DNA of 64,000 nucleotides, taken from the NCBI GenBank assembly GCA_020720815.1, contig DYNY01000002.1, positions 5,980-69,979 of the forward strand, in the 5' to 3' direction. Each line of letters begins with the position of its first letter. The stretch's first letter is position 1. The notes under the pieces were generated by a model. It saw only the letters and a program-made list of their open reading frames with translations. It was not told the origin of the DNA and did not search any database. Below, piece after piece: positions 9,355 to 19,243 of this stretch. The position numbers were made by a program, and so were the translations under genes. The DNA comes from Candidatus Elulimicrobium sp. GTDB lineage: Bacteria > Patescibacteriota > Minisyncoccia > Phycocordibacterales > UBA918.

Positions 9355-11544
9355 ATGATAAAAAAATGGTGGAAACACGTCAGTGTTAAAGAATTAATCA
9401 AAGATTTAGTGGCTACGGTTTTTGCCCTATCCATCATCATTTTGGCCGGCTTTTTAATTTGGGTTTCTACATTAGAAATACCAGATCTTTCCTCATTTGA
9501 AGAAAGGCGCGTTCTGCAATCAACTAAAATTTATGACCGCACCGGTGAAGTATTACTTTACGACTTATTTCAAGATGTTCGTCGCACCGTTGTACCATTT
9601 GAAGAAATTTCCCGACATATCAAAAATGCCACCATCGCAATTGAAGACGATCAGTTTTATAACCACCACGGTGTTGAACCAAAAGCGATTGTCCGGGCTG
9701 CTTTAACCAACCTCGGTCAAGGCGATTTATTGGGTGGACAAGGTGGATCAACCCTAACCCAACAAGTCATTAAAAACTCAGTCCTACAGAGAGAGAAAAC
9801 TCTAACTCGTAAAGTTAAAGAGTGGATTTTGGCGATTAAACTTGAGCGGGTTTTAAGCAAGGATGATATTCTTGGTATTTATTTAAATGAATCACCTTAC
9901 GGCGGAACTATTTACGGAGTCGAAGAAGCATCTCAGGCTTTTTTTGCCAAAAAAGCGATCGATGTTTCCTTGAGTGAGGCCGCTTATTTAGCCGCCCTGC
10001 CTCAATCACCTACCTATTTGTCTCCTTATGGAAATAACAAAGAGGCCTTGGACACCAGACAAAAACTAGTCTTGAAAAGAATGCTCGAACAAGGAATGGT
10101 TTCTGAAGAGGAATACAAAATTGCAGAAACTGAGAGTGTTAAATTTCAACCACAGGCTGTTACCGGAATCAGGGCCCCTCACTTTGTGATGTTTGTGCGT
10201 GATCAAATAGTTCGTAAATATGGGGAAGAGGCTCTTTCACAGCGTGGTTTACGTATCATAACCACCCTAGATTGGGATTTACAAAAAGAAGCTGAACGAA
10301 TCGTGGCCGAACGTGGTGCAAGTAACGTCGAAAAATTTAAAGCTACTAATGCCGGTATGGTAGCTACCGATCCAAAAACCGGTGACTTACTTGTAATGGT
10401 CGGTTCGCGTGATTATTTTAGTGAGGAAATAGAAGGCAACTTCAATATCGCCCTAGCCTCCAGACAGCCAGGCTCATCAATCAAGCCATTTATTTATGCA
10501 ACCGCTTTTAGTAAAGGCTTCTTGCCTGATACTATTGTTTTTGATGTTCGCACCCAATTCTCACCACTTTGTCCGCCAGACAGCTTTAGCTCAGAATCTC
10601 CTTGTTATTCTCCTAATAATTACAACAATAAATTTAAGGGTCCAATTAATTTAAGAAATGCTCTAGCTCAATCACTAAACATACCAGCGGTGAAGGTTCT
10701 TTATTTGGCCGGAGTAAAGGATTCCTTAAAATTAGCTGCCGACATGGGTATTACCACCCTCAATGACCCGGAACGCTACGGTCTAACCTTAGTCCTTGGT
10801 GGTGGTGAAGTTAGATTGATAGACATGACTTATGCCTACGGCGTTTTTGCTAATGAGGGTATCGTTGCTGAACCACGGAGTATCCTTAAAGTAGAAGATA
10901 ATCGTGGCAATATCATAGATGAAACTCCTATTGCAACTAAACGTGTTCTTGATAAAAATGTCGCTTTAATGATTAGCAATATACTTTCCGATAATGTGGC
11001 TCGCACGCCACTTTGGGGAGCCAACTCTTTGGTAAACTTTCCTAATCGTTCGGTAGCATCTAAAACCGGTAGTACTAATAATCTACGAGATGCTTGGCTG
11101 ATGGGCTATGCACCAAACATTGCGGTTGGTACCTGGGTTGGTAACAACAATAATAGCCCTATGGGGGGAGGTCTATCTGGCTTAATTGTTACTCCAATGT
11201 GGCGTGAGTTTATGGATTATGCTTTAACTAAATTACCAGAGGAAAGTTTTTCCCAACCAACTATTAATCGAGTCGGGGTAAAGCCGATTATTCGAGGTGA
11301 ATTTATTGACACTACAGAACTATTACAAACTGTATCTACTAGCGGAAAAATTGATATAACACAAATTTACAACAATATTCACACCATTCTCTATTATGTT
11401 GATAAAAATAACTCTACTGGACCAGATCCTATAAACCCCGCCAATGATCCACAATACGAAAACTGGGAATATGCTGTCCAAGCCTGGAAAAAAGAGACCT
11501 ATGGCCTTCCTTTTACATCTAGCACTACTCCAGAGATAAACTAA
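9355..11544 (+). CDS. Class A penicillin-binding protein (bifunctional glycosyltransferase/transpeptidase, PBP1A-like)
   Basis: N-terminal TM, GT51 motifs (EDDQFYNHHGV, GGSTLTQQ), and transpeptidase motifs (SxxK: SIKP, SxN, KTGS). Confidence 0.9.
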   Translation: MIKKWWKHVSVKELIKDLVATVFALSIIILAGFLIWVSTLEIPDLSSFEERRVLQSTKIYDRTGEVLLYDLFQDVRRTVVPFEEISRHIKNATIAIEDDQFYNHHGVEPKAIVRAALTNLGQGDLLGGQGGSTLTQQVIKNSVLQREKTLTRKVKEWILAIKLERVLSKDDILGIYLNESPYGGTIYGVEEASQAFFAKKAIDVSLSEAAYLAALPQSPTYLSPYGNNKEALDTRQKLVLKRMLEQGMVSEEEYKIAETESVKFQPQAVTGIRAPHFVMFVRDQIVRKYGEEALSQRGLRIITTLDWDLQKEAERIVAERGASNVEKFKATNAGMVATDPKTGDLLVMVGSRDYFSEEIEGNFNIALASRQPGSSIKPFIYATAFSKGFLPDTIVFDVRTQFSPLCPPDSFSSESPCYSPNNYNNKFKGPINLRNALAQSLNIPAVKVLYLAGVKDSLKLAADMGITTLNDPERYGLTLVLGGGEVRLIDMTYAYGVFANEGIVAEPRSILKVEDNRGNIIDETPIATKRVLDKNVALMISNILSDNVARTPLWGANSLVNFPNRSVASKTGSTNNLRDAWLMGYAPNIAVGTWVGNNNNSPMGGGLSGLIVTPMWREFMDYALTKLPEESFSQPTINRVGVKPIIRGEFIDTTELLQTVSTSGKIDITQIYNNIHTILYYVDKNNSTGPDPINPANDPQYENWEYAVQAWKKETYGLPFTSSTTPEIN

Positions 11545-11549
11545 CCATT

Positions 11550-11840
11550 TTAAAAAATATACAAGGGTGAATTTTTTTTTTCCAACCGCTTGTTAAGTTC
11601 TTTAAGAATTTCACGACTCTTTATTTTAATCTCCTGTTTTATCATCCCTGACACTTGTAAATTAACCGTTCTAGTACTAACTGTATAAGTGATTTGATTT
11701 TCTTTTATAGAAAGGCCCGTACACTCACCAATTACTCTAATAGTTTCCATTTCCACAGTTTTTTGTGGTGGAATTAGAATATTTTTATATTTACTAAATA
11801 AATCCTTAATAGAAATAACTTCTCCTCTTCTTTTTAACAT
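11550..11840 (-). CDS. DUF721/DciA-like small protein downstream of dnaN
   Basis: 96 aa. Its position immediately after dnaN, plus the pattern IRVIGECTG...TVNLQVSGMIKQEIKIKSREILKELN, fits DUF721 (hydrophobic-G...T...L.V.V.S...EL....IL..LN). The start is 2 nt after the dnaN stop. Confidence 0.45.
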   Translation of the reverse strand: MLKRRGEVISIKDLFSKYKNILIPPQKTVEMETIRVIGECTGLSIKENQITYTVSTRTVNLQVSGMIKQEIKIKSREILKELNKRLEKKNSPLYIF

Positions 11841-11841
11841 A

Positions 11842-12939
11842 CTAACGATTCATTGGCATTACTAAATAACGTAAGGTTTTATCTGACACACCAGTAATAA
11901 CGAGTGGTCTACCAATTCCTGCAAAATGTAAAATTATACTCTCGTCTGAAATATGAGATAAAGGATCACTAATATATTGTTGATTAAAATTAAGCGTTAA
12001 TTCATCTCCCTCAACCACAGCTGGTACCGAGTCTGTAACATGTCCTACTTCATTATTTTGTGAAGACAAGGAAATATTACCTTCTAATACAGATAAAGTG
12101 ACTTGTTGATATTTATTTAAAAAGACTGAGGTTTTTTTAAGGGCTTTCAAAAGGTCATTTTTGAGTACTGTGGCGTGTGAACTGTATTCTTTAGGAATTA
12201 TCTGTTCGTAGTCTGGAAAAGAGCCTGAAACGAGCCTAGAGGTAATATAGACCCCTTCCTCATTAAAAGAGAGAGCACATTGATTTTCAGTTACTAATAA
12301 GTCTGGATCATTTTTTAATAAATCACACAGTCGTGAAAGTTCTACTGCATTTTTTTGTGGTATCAAAAAACCTTGTTCTAAAATAACTCCTTTTTGTGGC
12401 ACAGTTTTTTCCATTAAACGAAAAGAGTCAGTTGAAACAAAAGTTAATGAATGTTCTTTCTTTTGTTGAATATAAACACTGCCAAGCTCTGGCTTAATTG
12501 AAGATAAGGAAGCTGCAAAAGAGGCAGTTTTTATTCCTAATGAAAACAAAGCTCTATTTATTTTAATTACTTCTCCTTTTAGACGATTGATAACTGGAAA
12601 TTCATCGTGTGGAATGGATTTAATAGAAGTATTAGTTTTTTGGGATTCAATTAATAACAAACCTTCTTCTGCCCGTAAACAGATTTCTCCTTCTGTATTA
12701 TATTGGATACTTTGTAATAAAGTATTAGCTGGTACAGCAATAATACCTACTTCTATTACCCGGCAAGGAATCTCTATTTCAATACTTAATTCTAAATTGG
12801 TGGCTTTTAAAATTAATTTTTCTTCTTTAGCTTCTAATAAGACACACTGTAAAACAGGTAGTGTAACATGCTTAGTACTAATTCTAGTCAATAACTCTAA
12901 GGTTTGTGCTAACTGTGGACGAGAAATGTTTATTTCCAT
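11842..12939 (-). CDS. dnaN: DNA polymerase III beta sliding clamp
   Basis: 365 aa with the three-domain clamp architecture. It is adjacent to dnaA. Confidence 0.9.
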   Translation of the reverse strand: MEINISRPQLAQTLELLTRISTKHVTLPVLQCVLLEAKEEKLILKATNLELSIEIEIPCRVIEVGIIAVPANTLLQSIQYNTEGEICLRAEEGLLLIESQKTNTSIKSIPHDEFPVINRLKGEVIKINRALFSLGIKTASFAASLSSIKPELGSVYIQQKKEHSLTFVSTDSFRLMEKTVPQKGVILEQGFLIPQKNAVELSRLCDLLKNDPDLLVTENQCALSFNEEGVYITSRLVSGSFPDYEQIIPKEYSSHATVLKNDLLKALKKTSVFLNKYQQVTLSVLEGNISLSSQNNEVGHVTDSVPAVVEGDELTLNFNQQYISDPLSHISDESIILHFAGIGRPLVITGVSDKTLRYLVMPMNR

Positions 12940-13204
12940 ATTAAAACTATTTTACTATTTATTATTAGGGCTGTGGAAGTGTGCATATATAAAATATATG
13001 TTCTATTGTTTGGCTATTTTATACACAGCTAAGTATTAATAAGTTTAGGATAGAGTAAATTTGCTTGTGTATAAAGAAAATTCTATCTAGTGTTTAGTAA
13101 TTTTGTGGGGATAATATATTTTATACTACCTACTTATACAAAGCTATATATTAGTTTTTACTATACCCTGTCCTTAGTTTGTACACACCCTTTTCCAAGG
13201 TTTA
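12940..13204. promoter_or_regulatory. Probable oriC module: an AT-rich dnaA-dnaN spacer with DnaA-box-like 9-mers
   Basis: TTATACACA at 13019-13027, TGTGTATAA at 13066-13074, TGTGGGGATAA at 13102-13112, TTATACAAA at 13134-13142, and a very AT-rich stretch at 13110-13160. Confidence 0.6.
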
Positions 13205-13232
13205 AAAATAGGGCCGAAGCCCTATTTTTAAA
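13205..13232 (-). terminator. Intrinsic terminator just downstream of the dnaA stop
   Basis: aaaaatagggccgaagccctattttta forms a hairpin with flanking A/T runs. Confidence 0.6.
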
Positions 13233-13234
13233 CT

Positions 13235-14620
13235 CTATTTAAGGAGAATACGAATCTGAGATATTTCCTCTTCTAGCTCAGTATTTAGTTTTAGTTCCGC
13301 TTTAATCTTTTCACAAGAGTGAATAACTGTGGTGTGATCTCTTCCTCCTAATTTTTTACCAATTGCTGGATAAGAAACTTGAAAATCTTCACGGAGTAAG
13401 TACATAATAATTTGTCGTGGTTTTACAATTTCTTTACGACGAGTTTTCTCATAAATACTACTTTGATCAATATCAAAGTAGTGTGCCACTTTATCCACTA
13501 CATCTGAAACTGCTAGAGTCTTACGTGGTCTGGAACTATTCTTAATTATTACCTTGACTTCATCTAGAGACAAAGTTCGACCTAGGAGTTGTGATTGACA
13601 CATAATAGTATTTAGAGCCCCTTCAAGTTCACGTATATTACCTTCAATGGTATAAGCTAAATGATTTACCACTTCGTCAGCTAGGGTAATACTGTTTTGA
13701 GCTGCTTTAGCACGTAAAATAGCGGCCCGAGATTCTAGGTCAGGAGCTGGAATATCAACAATCATACCTTGAGCAAAACGAGAACGGAGTCGATCTTCTA
13801 ATCCAGCTAGTAAAGCTGGGTGCATATCACTAGAAAAAACAATTTGTTTATTAGTATCATGTAAGGCATTAAAAAGATGAAAAAGTTCCTCTTGAGTTTT
13901 TTCTTTAGTAGCTAAGAATTGCACATCGTCCATGATAAGTACGTCATACTGGCGATATTTATCTTTAAATGTATTAGCTGAACCACTTTGGAGGGAGTTA
14001 AAATAATCTACAGCAAAGCGTTCACTAGTGACATAAAATACCTTCTTACCAGTTTTTTTAATCTGATTACCAACCGCTTGAATTAGATGTGTTTTACCGT
14101 GACCGGTTTTGCCATAAATAAAGAGAGGGTTATAAGCAATACCAGGCTTTTCACTAACCGTTTTGGCTGCAGCATGAGCCAAAGCATTATAAGGCCCAAT
14201 AACAAAGGTTTCAAAAGAATATTTAGGATTTAGGTTATCACTTTTATTAATATAATATTCCTCTAAAGGTAAAGCAGCGTTAACGGTTTGGGTCTTACTA
14301 CTCTCCCCGCGACGATCACTTCTTTGTACAACATCATACTCAATACTGCGCACATAAGGAGTTAGTTCACGTAAAGTTTTAAGGATCATTGACTGAAATT
14401 TGTCTTGAAGCCAATCTTTAACAAATACGCTCGGTACGGCTAAGGTAGCCGTACCGTCTTCTAGTGAGAGAATGTAAGTATCTCGAAACCAAGTTTTAAA
14501 GTTGGCTGGAGTAATAGCCAGTTCAATTTTTACTAAAGCATCATCCCAAAGCTTTTTAATATCAATATGTTCAGTCCGTACGATACTAGAGGCAGATGAA
14601 GGATGTGTAATTGGATTCAT
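13235..14620 (-). CDS. dnaA: Chromosomal replication initiator DnaA
   Basis: 461 aa with AAA+ Walker A GKTGHGKTHL and the C-terminal DnaA signature (KKLGGRDHTTVIHS). Confidence 0.95.
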   Translation of the reverse strand: MNPITHPSSASSIVRTEHIDIKKLWDDALVKIELAITPANFKTWFRDTYILSLEDGTATLAVPSVFVKDWLQDKFQSMILKTLRELTPYVRSIEYDVVQRSDRRGESSKTQTVNAALPLEEYYINKSDNLNPKYSFETFVIGPYNALAHAAAKTVSEKPGIAYNPLFIYGKTGHGKTHLIQAVGNQIKKTGKKVFYVTSERFAVDYFNSLQSGSANTFKDKYRQYDVLIMDDVQFLATKEKTQEELFHLFNALHDTNKQIVFSSDMHPALLAGLEDRLRSRFAQGMIVDIPAPDLESRAAILRAKAAQNSITLADEVVNHLAYTIEGNIRELEGALNTIMCQSQLLGRTLSLDEVKVIIKNSSRPRKTLAVSDVVDKVAHYFDIDQSSIYEKTRRKEIVKPRQIIMYLLREDFQVSYPAIGKKLGGRDHTTVIHSCEKIKAELKLNTELEEEISQIRILLK

Positions 14621-14806
14621 ATCAAGATAAATAATCTAAACAGTAATGAGCATTATACCTGCATTAAGGCGACTGTAAAATATTTTGGTTTCGATTAGGA
14701 AATAACAAATCATTTTGAGTCTTTAAAAGTGCAACTGTGTATAACCGGTGTATAAATTAAGACAAACCATTCCCCTTTTGTCGACTATTGAATTATTTAG
14801 GAGTTC
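14621..14806. promoter_or_regulatory. dnaA upstream region carrying two more DnaA-box-like repeats
   Basis: TGTGTATAA at 14737-14745 and GGTGTATAA at 14747-14755 in tandem, the same 9-mer as in the dnaA-dnaN spacer. Confidence 0.55.
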
Positions 14807-14845
14807 ATGTATAGTGTGTCGGTATTTCAAATACTAAATATTTCT

Positions 14846-14995
14846 ATGAGTAAAAGAACCTACCAACCAAGTAAGAAAAAAAGAGCTACAACCCATGGTT
14901 TTCTAGTACGAAGTGAAACTACTTCTGGGGCCAAGGTGCTACGAGAACGTCGTCGAAAGGGGCGTGCCCAACTAACCGTAAAAAAAGCTCGTTAA
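14846..14995 (+). CDS. rpmH: 50S ribosomal protein L34
   Basis: [22 protein letters not shown]...[11 protein letters not shown] is the canonical L34. The track start at 14807 adds a non-conserved extension. Confidence 0.9.
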   Translation: MSKRTYQPSKKKRATTHGFLVRSETTSGAKVLRERRRKGRAQLTVKKAR

Positions 14996-15007
14996 GAGCT
15001 TTTTTTA
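14982..15007 (+). terminator. Hairpin overlapping the rpmH stop, a likely attenuator between rpmH and rnpA
   Basis: aaaaaagctc-gttaa-gagctttttt. Equivalent rpmH-rnpA attenuators are known in other bacteria. Confidence 0.5.
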
Positions 15008-15008
15008 T

Positions 15009-15359
15009 TTGTTATACTTACATCTAATGCTTAAGAAACAGCAACGATTACCCCGATTTCAATTTAGAGAAGTTTTTGCGGAGGGAAAGAGAATCCAAGG
15101 CTTAAACACTACCTTAATTGTTAGTAAAGATACAACATTTAAATGTTCTGTTGTAGTGAGTAAAAAAGTGGCTAAAAAAGCTCATGATAGAAATCGGATT
15201 AGGCGCCGACTCTATACTTTGGTTGGGGAATTAATTTCTCTAAGACCGCTAGCTTTAGCTTTAATAATAGTTGTAAAACCAGTTATTATGAAGTTAAATA
15301 AAAGCGATTTCAGAGAAATACTGAAGGTTGAGATTGGACGTGGCTTTAATAACAGGTAG
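15009..15359 (+). CDS. rnpA: RNase P protein component
   Basis: The KKAHDRNRIRRRL motif is present. The start is probably MLKKQQR at 15027. Confidence 0.85.
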   Translation: MLYLHLMLKKQQRLPRFQFREVFAEGKRIQGLNTTLIVSKDTTFKCSVVVSKKVAKKAHDRNRIRRRLYTLVGELISLRPLALALIIVVKPVIMKLNKSDFREILKVEIGRGFNNR

Positions 15360-15369
15360 AATAGCACTT

Positions 15370-16098
15370 ATGTTTATTTATATTTGGCATACATTTTTTT
15401 TTGACCCCGTTTATAACGGGCTGATCTTTTTTATTGATGTAATACCCCGGGGTGACGTTGGATTAGCAATTATAGCTATAGTGATTTTAGTTAAAACTAT
15501 TCTTCTCCCCCTTTCTATCAAGGCCGTTAAAACGCAAAAGATAATGCGTGAAATTGAACCAAAGTTAAAAGAATTAAAAGAGAAATACAAAGACAATCGA
15601 GAAGAACAAGCTAGGGCTATGATGTCTATCTATAAAGAAGCAGGGATGAACCCGTTCGTCAGTATTGTCCTAATGTTTATACAAATTCCCATTATTATTT
15701 CCCTTTACTACTCGGTTTATAGTGGCGGTGGAATTGCTCTGCCTGATATAAATAACGAACTCCTATACTCTTTTGTGGCTAGCCCAGTGACAGTTAGTAT
15801 GAATTTTCTTGGTCATATTGATATTGCTGCTAAAAGCGTCTGGTTGGCTCTACTGGCTTCTGGAACGCAGTTTTTCCAGATAAAACTATCTATGCCAGCT
15901 ATAGAACCTAGAGATCCTTCTACTCCAGGAAATATGAAAGAAGATTTTATGAGAAATCTACAACTACAAATGCGTTATGGTATGCCAGTACTCATATTCT
16001 TTGCCGCTTACTTTATTTCCGCTGCGATTGCACTTTATTTCTTTGTCAGTAATGCGGTAGCAATTTTACAGGAGTTTTACGTTAGACGACACCGCTAA
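15370..16098 (+). CDS. yidC: Membrane protein insertase YidC/Oxa1, short form
   Basis: Multi-TM protein following rnpA (classical rpmH-rnpA-yidC order). The start is taken at MFIYIW, after the rnpA stop. Confidence 0.85.
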   Translation: MFIYIWHTFFFDPVYNGLIFFIDVIPRGDVGLAIIAIVILVKTILLPLSIKAVKTQKIMREIEPKLKELKEKYKDNREEQARAMMSIYKEAGMNPFVSIVLMFIQIPIIISLYYSVYSGGGIALPDINNELLYSFVASPVTVSMNFLGHIDIAAKSVWLALLASGTQFFQIKLSMPAIEPRDPSTPGNMKEDFMRNLQLQMRYGMPVLIFFAAYFISAAIALYFFVSNAVAILQEFYVRRHR

Positions 16099-17042
16099 GG
16101 AACAGGCACCGAGACACAAACCAAGTAACCTGGGTAATCTAATTTTATCACCTGTTTAACATTTAAATTAGTAGCTCTAGCAAACTGATGACAGGTATCT
16201 GCAAAAGTTGAAAGGTTGGCAGCATCAATCCAGTTTATGGAAAACGCAGGTACTTGATTAGTACCATCTAAGTAATCAACAGCTAGAAATACACCATAAG
16301 GTGAATCTGGTGAATTTTTAAGAGTGGAGTCGTGGGCTACAGCAAGGGCTTTTAATTTTACTGGGTCGGTAATCATATGTGGTCGGTGGGCAATTTGGTA
16401 ACGGTTAATAATTTTAGGTAAATTAAAAGCTGAGGCTGGTTTAAAAATGGCCTCCAACTCAACAGTTAAGCCGTTTGGTAGTGGATCATAACAAACTTCC
16501 TTATTACCTAGGAAAGAATTGGTTTCATACACATAGCCATTTGAAGTATCACAACCGGCCTTGAAGTTAGGGTCGGTAGGGATTATTGGTCTATAGGTAT
16601 AACCCACACCATGTATGGGTGCCACAGCAGGGACATTGACAACGTTTCCAACAACCGGTTCCGGAAGGGTTATTGGATTCGTAAATATTTCTGTCTCGGC
16701 TAGTTGCGGATTAATGATGGTCAGTACCAAAACCGCTGAAATAACTACCACCAAGCCAAGTAAAGAGCCTCTAATATCACCAATCGCTTCTTGTTTACTA
16801 GTTACTACATCAGACAGCATATACTTAACACCGGCAATAATTATTTTAATGACAGCCATTAGAGCCGCGATAGCAATTGATAGGCCATAAAGAGCATTAA
16901 TATAATCACCAAAACCACTATTAGCTTGAATTCCAGGAATACTGACAAGTGATTTATAGACAAGGGGTTCAGCTGCAAAAGCCAAGATTGGTAGGAGACA
17001 AAAGACAAAGAGTGAAATAAGAATAAAAGATTTAGAGTTCAT
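16095..17042 (-). CDS. Secreted protein with an N-terminal VirB2/TrbC-like pilin topology fused to a roughly 190-aa C-terminal domain
   Basis: Signal peptide (MNSKSFILISLFVFCLLPILAFA), then two hydrophobic helices separated by a charged loop (ALYGLSIAIAALMAVIKIIIAG ... GSLLGLVVVISAVLVLTII), then a Cys-containing soluble domain. The start is taken at the internal Met to avoid overlap with the upstream gene. Confidence 0.5.
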   Translation of the reverse strand: MNSKSFILISLFVFCLLPILAFAAEPLVYKSLVSIPGIQANSGFGDYINALYGLSIAIAALMAVIKIIIAGVKYMLSDVVTSKQEAIGDIRGSLLGLVVVISAVLVLTIINPQLAETEIFTNPITLPEPVVGNVVNVPAVAPIHGVGYTYRPIIPTDPNFKAGCDTSNGYVYETNSFLGNKEVCYDPLPNGLTVELEAIFKPASAFNLPKIINRYQIAHRPHMITDPVKLKALAVAHDSTLKNSPDSPYGVFLAVDYLDGTNQVPAFSINWIDAANLSTFADTCHQFARATNLNVKQVIKLDYPGYLVCVSVPVP

Positions 17043-18213
17043 ACATCCAAAGCGTGTTATCATTTTTGTTAATGAAGTAAAGAGCTTTTTCGCTTTCACC
17101 GATTGCCATATTAATAATATCTAGCTCTCGACCGCCACTTTCACTAAAAGTGTCTACGAGCGGACTAGCTTGTGCCGCCAATAAATCTACTCGCCAAATA
17201 GTATCTTTAAAAGAAATTTTTCCGCGGTACCAGTTGTCAGGGAACTCAACTGGCATAGTATTGCCTTCAACAGCGCACCAAACAAAATCATTGTCCTTTT
17301 GGCTGGCGGAACATTTATCTGGCACAATGATGACTGGACTTTCTACTCGGCTATCACTGGATTTGTTGTATAGATAACTGTAAGGAATAAGATTTTGAAT
17401 TTTAGTGTAAGCAATATGGGTCGGTGTATTGAATGTAATCAGCCCAAAGCCAGCTACCGGAACGCGAGACATAGCTCCTTTACTAAACTTATAGGTGTAG
17501 CCTTCTAGAAGATAAGTCGGTTTGGTATACACGTAGTGATTATCAGTACTACTAGTTCCCCACTGCATCGTCGCTTCATAAAATGGTACGGTAAACAGTT
17601 CGTTTTCTGTATTATTATTTAGATTATAAACACTATTAAGTAAACCAGATGAAGTGGCGGTCACAAAAACTAATTCAGATGAGTTGATGATTTTAAAGTC
17701 ACTCACTGGTTTATCTAATGAGTAAAATTCATAGCCACCTCCAGAGCTCAAATTGCCAATAGTTAACTCCCCAGTGCGGCGATCGTTTCCAAGCCGCACC
17801 GCTACTGTCTTACCATCCTTTGAGAAAGAGGCCATACTAGCCTCTTTTAGGGTGGTATTGGACAAACGTACCTCTTCTTCAGTCGTAAAAGGATTTATGG
17901 TGTAAATATTACCGTTACCAGCCTCGGCGTAGTAAACCAAAATAGGCGTAGAGGTAGAGGCTGGGGCTTCAGTAAAACCAATTACTGGCTTAGTGGTAAG
18001 TTGACGTAGTCTTGGTCGGTCGACATTTACTACTGGCTCGGGAACTGGTGGTGGCGGTATAACCTCCCCACCATTTTCCTGACCTGCTTGTCCAAATGGG
18101 TTCCAGATTTCACTGGGGTTTTTAGGTGTGCCGAAAAATATTAGATAGAGCCAAACTGCCAAGAGTAAAAAAATGATAAGAGTAGCAATTACGACGTAGG
18201 TTTTTTGTGACAT
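17032..18213 (-). CDS. Membrane-anchored protein with a Pro-rich linker and TolB-like beta-propeller repeats
   Basis: N-terminal TM (VVIATLIIFLLLAVWLYLIFF), then PPPPVPEPVV, then repeated DGKTVAV and NGNIYTIN-type blades. Confidence 0.6.
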   Translation of the reverse strand: MSQKTYVVIATLIIFLLLAVWLYLIFFGTPKNPSEIWNPFGQAGQENGGEVIPPPPVPEPVVNVDRPRLRQLTTKPVIGFTEAPASTSTPILVYYAEAGNGNIYTINPFTTEEEVRLSNTTLKEASMASFSKDGKTVAVRLGNDRRTGELTIGNLSSGGGYEFYSLDKPVSDFKIINSSELVFVTATSSGLLNSVYNLNNNTENELFTVPFYEATMQWGTSSTDNHYVYTKPTYLLEGYTYKFSKGAMSRVPVAGFGLITFNTPTHIAYTKIQNLIPYSYLYNKSSDSRVESPVIIVPDKCSASQKDNDFVWCAVEGNTMPVEFPDNWYRGKISFKDTIWRVDLLAAQASPLVDTFSESGGRELDIINMAIGESEKALYFINKNDNTLWMYEL

Positions 18214-18217
18214 AAAA

Positions 18218-19240
18218 TTAATAACTTACTCTAAAACCTCCTTGCACTCCTTGTAATAATTGAACGGTATTGCGGACATGAAAATCAACATTAGTCTTGC
18301 CACTGAAACCTCCTTCAGTAGCCAAGGTCACCTCGTAGGGGTTGTTAACATTATTGACACTCGTCACGCCATTAATAGACCATTCTAAGAGATCAGGATT
18401 ATTAAAAGTTTTTATATCTAGATAGTAAGGTTCCGCTCGTAAAGTAATACTATTTCCTAGTAGTAGGACTTCTTTATCAACAGCTTTTTGTTTTAAGCCG
18501 TAAAAACCGGTAGATTCATAAAAAGATAAGTTTGGGTAAACTTTAATTAGGTCAAAGATTCGTCGGGCGATTGGTTCACCAGAATCTTTTCTAATATCTA
18601 GGTTAATAGTGGCGTATTTACCTTGGGGCATAGTAAAAGTAATTACGTTACGTCCACGAATTGATCCACCTTCGAGTACCTTTCCATTAAGTTTCCAAGT
18701 ATAGAGAAGGCTGGCTGGCGGAATAGCATTACCATTAACAATAGCGGTTAGGTTAACGATACTTTCGATTGAAGGTAAAGGGCGACCTTTATAAAAGGCT
18801 GGTACTCGGGTCTGAGGTTCAATGATAACATCAAGAAAAACTGGGGCCACCAGTCTTTCGGTCGAAAGACTGCCACCACCAGGATAATCGATAACCAGTT
18901 TAATTTTGGTTAATTCACCTACTTTACCAGAGGTAAGTTTAATGGTGCGTTGATTGATGGCTGAGCTCAACAATTCATCATTAATAAACCAACGCATACC
19001 CGAACCTTGAATTGGTAAACCATAGTCATTAGCAGTAGCTGTAAATTCTGATTCTGGTTCAGGAAAAAATGGGTCAAGGTTAATTTCTAGTTGGGTTTGA
19101 CCATAATCAAGGTTGGGTGAAGACTGAGCATTAATCACTAAAAAAGGTGTGAGTAACAGAACCAAAAATAGTAGTACGTATTTCATATCGCTTATAAATA
19201 CATTGTAACAAAGTTTTTTTTCAAAAAAGCGACTATTCAC
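18218..19240 (-). CDS. Secreted hypothetical protein in the T4SS-like operon
   Basis: Signal peptide (MKYVLLFLVLLLTPFLVINAQ) from an internal Met, then a beta-rich domain. It is tightly packed within the operon. Confidence 0.6.
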   Translation of the reverse strand: MNSRFFEKKLCYNVFISDMKYVLLFLVLLLTPFLVINAQSSPNLDYGQTQLEINLDPFFPEPESEFTATANDYGLPIQGSGMRWFINDELLSSAINQRTIKLTSGKVGELTKIKLVIDYPGGGSLSTERLVAPVFLDVIIEPQTRVPAFYKGRPLPSIESIVNLTAIVNGNAIPPASLLYTWKLNGKVLEGGSIRGRNVITFTMPQGKYATINLDIRKDSGEPIARRIFDLIKVYPNLSFYESTGFYGLKQKAVDKEVLLLGNSITLRAEPYYLDIKTFNNPDLLEWSINGVTSVNNVNNPYEVTLATEGGFSGKTNVDFHVRNTVQLLQGVQGGFRVSY

Positions 19241-19243
19241 TGC

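Noticed and set aside
12587-13039. A 150-aa plus-strand ORF overlapping dnaN and the oriC spacer.
   Set aside because: It is antisense to dnaN and extends into the AT-rich origin.
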